Origin: Catajapyx aquilonaris | Taxonomy: Eukaryota | DNA length: 64,000 nt | Assembly (NCBI GenBank): GCA_000934665.2 | Contig: KZ538418.1 | Span: 1-64,000, forward strand | Direction of reading: 5' to 3' | Shown: in pieces, positions 52,801-64,000 of the stretch | Layout of the letters: every line of letters begins with the position of its first letter | How positions within the stretch are numbered: position 1 is the first letter of the stretch | Translations under genes and position numbers: made by a program | The notes under the pieces: generated by a model | The model's database searches: none | What the model was told of the DNA's origin: nothing | Seen by the model: the letters and a program-made list of their open reading frames with translations, nothing else

Positions 52801-54116
52801 TCGCTGCTAATTTTATTAATTTAGCATCAAAATTGCCATCTCTGCTCCAGAAACTTTAACACAAACTGAGCTCCATGTTACCGTGCTGCTGGTTATAACA
52901 AGCGAGGCTGGAAATGGGCGGGCATTTATTAGTGCGGAGGAGGCGTCAAGTGTGTATCGTCGAGGATGGATGAGAAGAGTGTTGCGTCTGACACCAGGAG
53001 GTTGTGCCACGGAAGTATCGCACCAGACCCACTCTTTTCATCCCCTCTTCTGCTCAACTCACCATCACCGCCCCTCAACTTCTGACTTGGACCCCCGTGA
53101 AATATTGCTTCATAAACGGCTGCTAAAGGCAGGCTCGTATAAAGCCCCCCCTTTCAAGCCTTACGAGACACACTGTAAATGTGTGTGCATATAAACAACT
53201 GTGTATAAGTGCCAGAAAATAATATGCGACGACTTCGGGTAGCAGCCTAAAATGATGGTGCAACTGTCAATATTGGACACGGCAAAGTTTGGTCTGGATT
53301 TGCAGCCACTTTCTGCACGTCATTTGGCGCAATATAAAGCATCGCCCCCTGCAGACTGCCAGATAATAAACCTTCGGACCCCCGCAACAAACTTTTCCTC
53401 ACTTTTTTTTCTTACATCTTCCTCATTTCTCTCGGATCCATTTTGGTATAGCCACTTGTGCCCTTTTCCTTCTTAATGACCCGACTGCAACTCTGACACT
53501 TCGATGAATTCCGACCTCTCTCTTTTTTTGAAATAATATAATAAAAAAGTGGCAGGAATTAAGACCTCCCCCTCTCTCCTGACTTTTCTTCCCCTTTTGG
53601 CCCAGGCAGAAAATATTTCCTCCCGAACTTTTTCAATTATCGGGCTTAACTTGTGAAAACCAGCAATACTTTCCCTACTGAGTTGGAGAGGAGGGGGTGG
53701 GGGGGTGGGCTTCCTATCGAAAGGTGGCAAACGGCGCCTTTTAGCTTCCCCCTCGGCTGTTTTTTAATCCATCTTCAAGAAGGGGAAAAAAATGATCTTC
53801 AAACGGCAAGAATATGAAAAAATAACGACCGGGGACTCACTTCTGATACAGTTGGCTGCCGGCTGACGCAGGGACTCTCACGCCACGTGTAGACAATACC
53901 GACTTCATTATGCAAGATTCTTGCACTTTATGGCCACGCGGGGGGTGGCCCAAGAAAGAAAGACAAAAAAAAAATGGGAAAAGAAAAGAAAGTCGTCCGA
54001 AAGCTTATGATGAATGCATTTTGGAGTGATAGATGACTTGAGGAATGCAGCAGCGACATTTGATTGTCTACACATGCTAGTCAATGCTGCGTCTGTTCCG
54101 TAAGATTCATTTGAAT

Positions 54117-54246
54117 CTAGGTGGTCCACAGATGTCCATTGAGCCACCATATATTGATATGAGAGTAGTTGTGTGTACATTGGATTATTAATTATTGAAA
54201 TTGGCTCGACAGGATGGTGTGGGGAGTTCATTTTTGGACCACCTGG
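54117..54246. mobile_element. Possible old 130-bp Tc1/mariner-type MITE
   Basis: CTAGGTGGTCCACAGATG (54117-54134) versus the reverse complement of 54229-54246 (CCAGGTGGTCCAAAAATG): 15/18 identical. TA is present on the right flank only. Confidence 0.35.
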
Positions 54247-57200
54247 TACACAGTGTACAGTATATCTACACAATTCCGATTGCCCCGGCTCTTGTTTGCA
54301 GAGATCTTCCTCCGCTTTCAATTACGGTTTTTATTTGCTCTGCGCTGGCTATATCGTTCCACATCCGACTGACGTTTGCTCAACTCAGAAAAGATGAGCT
54401 CTCCAGAAAGGATAACGTCGCATCTAAACACGACAAGGTAAATATGACCGAGGCTCTTGAAGAGATGCTTCCGAGGGCATATATTATTGCGCATTATTGA
54501 AAGTGGGCTTGCAGACTGTCATGCCATGTGCGTAGTTCGGCATATTATTAAATTTTATTTTTTCAAGTCATGTTGACGTCCGCAGCCGAGGTTCGTGCTG
54601 AGAGCCTGCATTCTGCATGTGCACAAGGTTAAGCAGTTTCCCAACATAAAATGGGAATGCAGTCATAAACGAGACATGGAAGCATAAGTTTCACACACAT
54701 TATGGTGATTATTTTCTTTACTTTTTGTTAAGAACCTTGACAACGCCTAGAGCAGTAATTATATTTTGATAAAAATTTACTCGGTAATTATTTTTGCATT
54801 TTTACGAAGTGTTAATTAGTAAGAAATATACACGAGGGGGTGGCTAAACTTGAGAAAATAGCTTCTTTTGGTCGCACCCATTGCTCAAGTTGCAGTTACA
54901 GCAGCTGGCGTGTATATGTTGCTGCAAGTGTCACACGCACTTCATGTGCTGCGCATAAGTAGTCAACTGCCATAAAGTGAACAATTGCTGTAATCACTGG
55001 AAAATCCAAAATACCTAACAAGCTCGTTATATACAGTATATACGTCTTTCCTCAACATGACATCTTTTTCACATCCGTCAATACCACATGCACCTGATTA
55101 AATTGCAAGTAAACACGTAGTGGGAAACAGAAATAGCATAATCCGAGTAGCTATAAAAACCTTAAATAATTTTGTTAATAATAGAATATCAACGACTCTA
55201 TCTCGAATGGTTTTTAACGGTTACTGAATGTATATACCGGTACAGTATAAGCTTTCCCAGGAAAGCTGACTCCATTTTCCCCGATTCAGCCAGAAATCAT
55301 GACACGGCGTTCCACACTCATCCTCTGGAGTGTTACGAGTGTAACGCAAGCCTGGAGACAAATCCCCCAATATGACCGAAGCGCTGGCAGGCAATAAGAA
55401 ACAAAAAAAATCCCACCGCGGAACTCTATCCCTGTTTTAGGAAGCCCAAGTCAAAACAATCGGGTCGGAAATGGATTTAGGGGAGTCAGCATCATGCAAG
55501 CAGCAGGCTTCGAGAAGAAGGGAAACATGTGCGAGGGGCCCCACGAGGACCCCCACTTCCTGAGACTGCCGCCAATTGAATCCGTCTGCATCTATGTATC
55601 CCTAGGGTGTTTCAACGGAGAAAAAAAAAAGGGGGGGGGGGGGGGGNGAAAACTGTTGGGGGGAGAATAGAAGAAAGTTGGGCTCATTTCCCGGGCAGCC
55701 TATCCTTCCCTTCTGCAAGCAGAATCATCTTCTCTGCTCCATGTTTGCCTTCGTGTGATTTGGCGTCGGACGCGGCTTATCTGGGCCCAGGCCCTCTGGG
55801 GAGACGCTATCAAGTCACCTGCACCGCTCTCATTGCTGACGGGGATAAAATGGCGACAACAGCTGATGTAAACCTGCGCAAGATATTCGTCCAACGCGTT
55901 TCATTCAAGTAATACGGCGTGTTTCGACTCAGTGTTCGTTGTAGTTATCTTTGCGTTAGGTTGCTTTGTATTAAGTAATTGTATGTTGCTAAAATCAATT
56001 TATATAAGTCACTTTTTTAACTATTTTTAAAATACTCTCTGTAGACATGAGACTCTCTCCTGCCAGATTTGAAATAGACTGCTACCGGTATATACGGTGC
56101 GTCAAAGTCACTTGCATTTGCAAATCCATTTCAATGCCTGATGTGTAATGTTGATCTCCAATATTACAGCTTATAAAATAATACTAATAAGCGGCAATAC
56201 TAATGCGGACAATTCGTTTGGAACACACTGTACAAACGAAGCCTTTTAAAAATATAGCAGCGGAGAACAAGAGTGCTGAGGATGTGGTTGGACACAACAA
56301 ACTCTTCCGTTGGACTGCATGTTGAGACGCTGCGTAACAACTGTGTTAGTTTTGCGCAACATGTAGTAAAAGCCGTGCACTATCCATGTACCGAGTGTTT
56401 GAGCAAGGTGCAAAGCCCAAACAAGAGTGTGCAAATGCGGTGTCCAGCAACGTCCCTGCTGTCCACTTGAAGGCCCTGCAAAGTGTTCACTAGCGACACA
56501 TTTGGACCACAGTATGACGCCAAGCCCCATATAACATTCAGGCCCAGGACTTATTTATGCATACGCGTCTCTCTCCAGCTCGCAGGATTAAAATTTGCAT
56601 AAAACGGTGGAGGTGTTAAGTGCTCCATCGCTCATCTGATGGAAATTAACTCCATTCCCCAATTATTCCAAGGAGTATAAAAAATCGCAATTGCAAGTGG
56701 TGATTTTAGCCTCCACTTACAAATAAATAATTGCTAGTTTTTTCTCTCTCTCAAAAGTCCTGTAACTGAGTTTGAGACCAGCTTGGCAACGTGGCCTCCC
56801 CCACCCCCCTCCCTCTTCCCCCAAGAGGGTTGAGAGGTGACCTCTGTGTCGACAAGCCATCAGGCAGCCAGGACACTCTGTACTTGAATAATTCACGAGA
56901 TGTCAGCAGCAGCGCTCTCCGGGTTTGTTCCGGGGACTCTACCCGGACTCAGGCGCTGACGGCACGTTTGCTTGATGGATGACAGGGGCGGTGGTGGCTG
57001 GGAGGTGGGGGGGAAGTGCTCCCAAAACAGAGAGGGAGTGGGGAGGATGCTCCTCTCCTCGAATTATTAATCCACAAATGTATGACCGTATAATCATGCG
57101 GTGCGGAGCCGTCACCATCACACCGATGTCATCTCCCCTACCCCCATCACAGCACCGCAGACACGGATTTTCAAAGAGCACAGTGCCGTGAATAGCAAGC

Positions 57201-60200
57201 ATAAAAGGTGTCTTGGTTGGTCCCCCCCACTCTCTGGTCCTAATCGGTGCGCACAATTGATCTTACACCAGATTTGGGGGGGTTCGGAGCCGGCAATTAA
57301 TAATACTCCATGCAGGCATTTTCCTGGCCAGGAATTCAATTGGAGCCGGACATAAAGAGCAGAAACAAGTCCCGCCGCCGGAGTCTTTGTTCTCTAATGA
57401 GACGGAGGGGTCGTGGCCTCTGTCCGTGGGCGACACTCTGGCGACAGGCAGGAATTGGGGAAGGAAGGAACCAGCTAAAGGGGGCCAAGGTGGTGCTCCA
57501 GGCACTGGCCATAAATCCAGCGGACTTCGTTAGCCGGCATGTCCAGGAGGCACATTTCGTCTTGGTGTGTGTACCATCCCACGCAACACTCGGTTTTACA
57601 ACCGGACCAATCGGCGCTCCATGCAAGAACATAGAGAGGAGCAAAGCACTGGGGCTCCTCAACCTGTTTCAGATGCAGCCTGATAAAACTTGGCCCTTCC
57701 AGCCAGACTGTCACTCCTCCTGGCATCTACTAATAAATAATGGCCTCTTCACGCTAAGCAGACGGGGAGAAAAAACTGCGAGTGTCATCTGATGTAGGTC
57801 CTAAATTTTGTACCGCAAAACAATAAGAGATGCAACAACGCCATCATATTTCGCTAACACTACGGATAAGTACCTGCACGCTCAATAGTGACTAGATTAC
57901 ATGAAGAGTGTAAGGAGCGTGCTGTGGACATGTTCTGGCTCTCGTCCGCTGGTATTCATCAGAGTTCAGAGGAGAGGGACAGGGCGAGTCAAAACAATAG
58001 GCCAATTGACTGGAGGAGGCAAAGCAGAAAGTGTGTAACGACAAGCGTCCCGAGCCATTCATATTGCAGCCCCAAGCACCACGTCCTCTCTCTCACCCGA
58101 CCCTCTCTCTCTCTCAGTGATAGCTCGGAAAAACAAACACGAGGAGCATTTGTTGCTCCCAAAATCCCGAGGTGGCCTCTGAGGGCGTCCGGGGTCACCT
58201 GACACAGACCAGAACCTCGAGGCTGCCTCCTCTCACCATGGCAAGAGAGCTAGGGGAGAGAAGCAGTGACCCAGTTGACCTCCTCATGCCTTGAATCAGC
58301 CAACCAGCATCGGGTTGCAGGAAGTTTGTCCCCAGTTCACACAAGCCCCCCATCTCTTTCAGCAGGGTTGCATGTTGGAAAATTAGTCAGTTGAAAATAT
58401 CTATGTATGTTTAGGCCAAACATGCTATAAACAAACATCAAAATATTATTTGACATTAAAATGATATGTGCAAACACACTATCGTACAACGTTTTCTATT
58501 CAATTTTTTTTGCATAAAATTTTCATAAATAAAATCTGGGCCACAAGATCCACCTTGACCTTCCAGTTCTCCAAAAGTTTCTGTGCCATGAATAAATCCT
58601 ATATAGGCAGCAAGCTTCACCCTGCAGCAGCAGGCTCCTCATTTCGCCTTGCTCATTAGGGAAAGGGAGACAGCAGCTAAATTCTCAGAACATGTGACGA
58701 CACTCCCAACACCCCCCCCCCCCTGCCTCTCCCAACCCTCCCCCCCTTAAACCTGCCAACCAAATGGCCTGATCGTGTTAAAGGCAGCACAGACATTGCT
58801 TCCAGCCTCCCAGGCACTCACTTCTCTGTTACAGGATTCATTTTCCAAGTGAGAGGGTGGAAGTTTGCAAGCGGAGTTTTTCTGATGGGAGATGTGCCCC
58901 TTTGGCGACCCGAGGGATTGTGGGTCCATCTGAGAGATGCTAACTACCGTCTTTCCTTTTTTATCTAAAAAGTAGGGGGGGGGGGGGCTTCGCCTCCCCC
59001 CAATTATCCCCCTACCGACAAAAAGAGCAAGCAGCTGTTTCTGCTTGTCTTCCATTAGACGATTAGTTAGCACGGAGATGCTCATAGGCCCAATTGGATA
59101 ATTGATCGTGTCTGCTGAGTGGGCCTTAGGCTTCGTGTTCTATACTTTCGCGTACAAAAGCCCCCAGGACACAGCTCTTACTCCAAGACGCGGCCAAGTT
59201 GCGGTGGAATCGAGTCTAATGGAACCAGCAATCCTAACCCACCCACCTCCCACTCATCACCATCCCTACGAGCAATGAACTGGCTGCTTCTGTTAAATCT
59301 TCATTTATATAAAGGGTTGTGTTTACAGCGTATATCATCTCGTAGGCCCGATTGAGTCCCCTGGGACAAGGCGAGAAAAGCCAGACTCTACCTGAAGCAT
59401 CTTGTTTCAACAGAAGGGACATTCGCCAGAACAAGTCAGGCCTGTGTTTCTTCCCCTATTTCCCCGCTCTAAAAATTGTTTCCTAAACATGAAGTTAGCA
59501 GCCCTCTTTTTCTACGGCCATCTTTCCACCCGCCTTTCCATCCTCAACCCGCATTAATCACCCCGAGACCCTTCCTTCAATGCATGTTCTCTCCATGTTT
59601 GTTTACATTGCGATTGTCTCCTATTCCCAAACATCTCTGTGTGTATCAATCCGGTCTGTCATCAGACCAGTAATTAACGTGTATGCCCCTCCAACCTGGA
59701 TACTGATCATCCTTCTGAGGTCATCCTCCGAGTCAGACAGACATAAAATATTGGCCCGTGTGTTTTTAAGGAAGGGGCTTGGGAGGAGGTGGGCAGGGCG
59801 ACGGCGCCTGCAGCCACACCTAGGGGCAGCACTAGGGGGGCATTAGACTGCCAAGGGGCCAGACAAATGGACTGTCAACCGCGGGAAAACAAAGGCGGAG
59901 GTTGGCGGCTAACGAGTCTGGAGTGGGCCGACTAATGGGCCAGGGAGGCCTAGGCGGGGCGCCACAGACTACGGGACAAAAACGTATAGAAATGCATCTC
60001 CTCCGTGTCCCCCTTGATCCCAATCGGAAGAAGACCTACTCCGGAAAAAGGGCTCCAAAAAAAGAACAGAAAGGTGAGGTGGAGGAGAGGGAGAGTGGGG
60101 GCCATCAGGTTCTCCATCGGGTCTAATGAGCCCGATGCGGCCTTTGTCTTATTCCGGGGGCGCCCCGTCTCGCCTGTCGTCGCAGACAACCATAGTCCGT

Positions 60201-63200
60201 CTGGAACCGATTGGAATTTACCACACCATCTTCCACGGCTCCAAGAGGTGGAGGACCCCTGGCCCCAAATTGCTCCGATCGCCCACCTCGAGGGCTGTTA
60301 CGGTGAGTATGGGCCTATTTAGTGTCAACACAACGGGTTGCGACCCATCAGTATTAACCCCATCACCTAGGGCGGAATCACCTGGTGTCATGTGCAGTGT
60401 GGCTGGTATGCCAGTGATATGTACTGTTCTACTAACTATAGAAAGCAGCAGCTTATGCACTTTCTGTCAGGCCTTGTGCTGGATGTGTTTTCTTAATATC
60501 GGTTGATCGATGTATCGAGCTTCATTGTCATGTTCGGTCTTCAATGTGGTATATGTAGGCTTATAACATGCTGCATATTTGGCAATATTTCCATTTTCCA
60601 ACATGTCTTAATCCGTGTTCGACCTATCCCAGAGGCTTTTCCAGACAGGAAAATCGCGGCAACACCGTCCCTCCCCCCCCCCCTCTCCACCTCCTTTCCA
60701 TCTTCCCCTCCCCGCTTTCCATCCGTCCTCCTCCAGCACCCCAGCAGCAGCCAACAGCTGATAATTAACTTTATGCAAATCGGCTTCTATTAAAACGGAA
60801 GGAAATCAGCGCCTGATGAAAATTTCATTATTTTGAAGCCAGGCAAGCGGCGAATAGGGATGGAGCCAGCAGGGGTAAGGGTATAGAGCAAGAGAGTAGA
60901 ATTTGTTTTGATGAGAGAATTGAGACCTTCAAGATGAGTCGCGTGTCGGAAGAAAAGTGTATGTCTCTCCCTATCCCAACCAATTAATCAGCCAATTTTA
61001 ATTAGCGCTCCGATAACATCCTGAGAGGTAGGCCACCCTCGCGCTTTAGACGACTGGTGTGATGCCTATCTGCAGGAGTGCAGGGGCACTAGTTGCTCCC
61101 AGGCAAACAATTGTCACCAACTCTCCTCTTGAACTGAGGATTGGGCTGGTTTACTAAAGGATCAGTGTAGAAAGTGGCCACACATTCGTCATGTAAAAGT
61201 GGGAGGGGGGTTGCCTTTAACAGGATTGATTGTGACAGCGTGTTGTGGTGCTTGTCGGAACGCTGCAAACTAATAGTGAGAGAGTGACATTGTGAAGCAG
61301 TCACATCAATTCCGACCTCCCCTCCCCCCTCTTTTGACCACGGAGACACTAGTAGAGTGCAGCTGCTCCGCCCAGACTGCAAAAACTAGGGGGCAGGCGG
61401 GGGGGAAAAAACGGAAGGCAAAGAAGAGGGGAGGGCCAGCCAAAGTGTGAATAGCAGCTCGACTTTGGGCTTTTATGAAAAGAGCATGGATGTGGCGAGT
61501 GAGACATTGTAAAGCCAGGGTTCTTGGATACGGGAGTCGACCACCCCACCCCCCTTATACCATGCCATCCATCACTACGACCCACCCCCCAATTCTCCCC
61601 ACCCATGACCCTCCTCCCCCAGATAAGGCCGGAAACAGCGACCGCCCGCGCTGTGGCTCGCAATTAAATGGGTCCGGCCAGGCTCACGCGGTCAGGGGAC
61701 TAAGTACAAAACCGTGTAAGTGGCCGGGGTTGGCGGCCCGGATGACGAATGACCACCCCCTCCCTCCCACCCATTCCCTACTCTTTGGGACACTCTCCTC
61801 CTCCTCCTCCTCCTTCCCCCTACTACCAATCCATACCCCTGGACTTGGGGAAGAGTAGGCGACGCATAGTCGCGCTCCACTTGGTCCCCACCCCAACTCC
61901 TTCTCTTGTAACCCGCAACCCAACCACCCACAGACTTTTCTGGGGTGTGCTCCACATTCATCATTTCCCGCCATTGCCATTAGCCGCACGTATAGCCGAT
62001 AATCACTCCAAATGGGACTCCGATCAGCACTCCGGGGGAGGGAAACCCGAGTCTCATCGAAACCCTGCGACATTAATCCTTGTTCTGTCGACACGGGGCC
62101 TTTTCAATAAAAAAAGAGAAAAAAAGAGGATTGCTCCACACATTTTCCAACCTCACACACTTGTTCTGTGCGATCGCTAATTCTCTAAACAAATGCCTGC
62201 ATAATCCCGATATGTCCCACCCGGTGATGCGACTGACAACTGATTGCTGCTGCAGTCCCCCCAAGCAGCGGTCAGCGATGATTTTTTTTTTTAAATACAA
62301 ATTCTCTTTCCTAAACACACAAAGTGCGACACTTGCTTAGCACCAATATTTGCACACAATCCATAAGTGATATCATTCAAATTAATTTGCAATACAAGAT
62401 CTGCAACATGTGAATCGACATGTGAGAGAAGCAATGTACACATAAGCACACGTCAAATTTAGTATACCTAGTTAGCATAATTTATGTGTCACTTCAAACT
62501 TGTTTAAAAAAGTGAACAAAAGGCACCTTACACAGCATTTCAGTTATCTTACCTATAACTATAACTTACACACTCCATTTACATACCCCCCAGAAAAAAT
62601 GCCTTCCGGCTTGTTATCATTACAGGCTGTTAAAGGAGCCAGGTGAAAATTAAATTACTGCAGCAGGTGCCAAGAATGAAAAGAAATGGCTATAAATATT
62701 TCACCAATATAAAACCATATTTGACTCGATAATTATGAATATCATTATCGCACTAATTAATAAAATGGCCACCTACTTTTATGTCAACAATAAGCTGAAA
62801 CGTGCACTCATTTTAAACAAGCGCAGATCTAAAATGATGTTGCATATTCAAGCAGCCTCGCAGCGCACATACCTTTCTCGCCGCTTCTAACACCGCAAAT
62901 TAAGCCATTTTCAAAAAGTATATCATTAAGTTAGATAAAGTACAGCTATAAGTTACAAACCGCCCCAAAAATGGAGGCAAACCAATTACGACACGGCAGT
63001 TGGAACCTGCCGTAGTGTTTTTTTTAATACAAAAAAAGAGAAAAGGCAAGCTGAAGGTGTGATTACGTACCAAATGCGGACAAAAGTCCTTTTCATGCCC
63101 AGCGATTACACGTGAATAAAGCTGGCGCGTCCGGTGTTGGGACTGGACAAAAGTGGTGGCCACCGGACAAGGAGCCACCTGGAAGATTTCGCAAGAACAA

Positions 63201-64000
63201 AGCCTCCCTTGCACATGATGCCTGGGGAAAGACCATGCCCCTAAAATTACGCTCATGTTTCCCGTCACCTTGCAGCCAAAAAAGGACTGTACCTCTTGAT
63301 GTGACGGCCACACTTCCTGCCACTTTTTTTCTCTCAAAATGATAGGAACACATTTTGAAAACTATTATTTCTGGCCCACCCCCATAATGTAGGAGTTGAA
63401 TGCCCTTCTGGTCACCTTTTTGCAAGTACCTGTAGCCATGGATATTAAGCCGCCTTCCTGTATATGTCCCATTGGGCAAGCACGCGATCACGGGATGTTC
63501 GAAAATATATATATCCAAATCATGGCTGTCCTGTGTATATAAGCTCTCACATGAAATGACATGGGGTTGGCCTCGAAGGAAGAATGTCGCCTGATATACC
63601 CTCTGGAATAAGTTATTGTTTTATTAGAAAAATGGACCACTTATCTGACTGCGATGGAGGGCTCCATTTCCGCTAAAAGTAGTGAAACAACCGCGGTTTT
63701 TCTTCGAGTAATGCATCAATTTTTCCTATATTCCTCTCTCAAACAACGGCGTACGGTAAATATACGCGCACGATATCCTTGTTTCGGTACTACTTTGCTC
63801 GAATTTCAGACCGATATCATATGACAGCAGATGGACGTTGCGAAGTTAGGTCCAAATAATGACATCTGAATTGTCCGATACTTTTTTCCCCCCCTTTTAC
63901 AGTAAGTAGCTCACATTTGTTCAAAAATGCACGGCAGAACTTGTGGTGCGTAATAGGCCGCGATACTGTCAATTCTTAGGCAAACAATAATGTCTTTGTG

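Noticed and set aside
57889..57903. TGACTAGATTACATG resembling the miR-279/996 family 5' end
   Set aside because: The 3' part does not continue as in the family, and there is no complementary upstream arm, which a 3p-derived miRNA requires.

Overview
This is eukaryotic (metazoan, probably invertebrate) non-coding DNA; the taxon is inferred from roughly mid-range GC, abundant CpG, and the transposon types present. I see no operons, rRNA/tRNA genes, CRISPR arrays or recognisable intact protein-coding genes. The six-frame ORFs are short (max 240 aa), overlap on both strands and are often low-complexity, as expected by chance. The window reads as a large intron or gene desert, with GC-richer blocks full of G/C runs and TAAT/ATTA motifs alternating with AT-rich blocks. 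Supportable features are: a decayed Tc1/mariner transposase fragment, a Helentron/DINE-like relic, several short non-autonomous DNA transposons (TA-flanked CAGGGTG-type ends; one with an 8-bp TSD; one with a 35-bp perfect internal hairpin), a 76-bp spacerless palindrome followed by T6, ATCGAT-rich repeats, a 22-bp minisatellite, microsatellites and G4/H-DNA-prone tracts. I found no convincing novel multi-gene system. The most interesting leads are the long fold-back hairpins and the family of miniature elements. Small spliced exons could be present and undetectable by eye.
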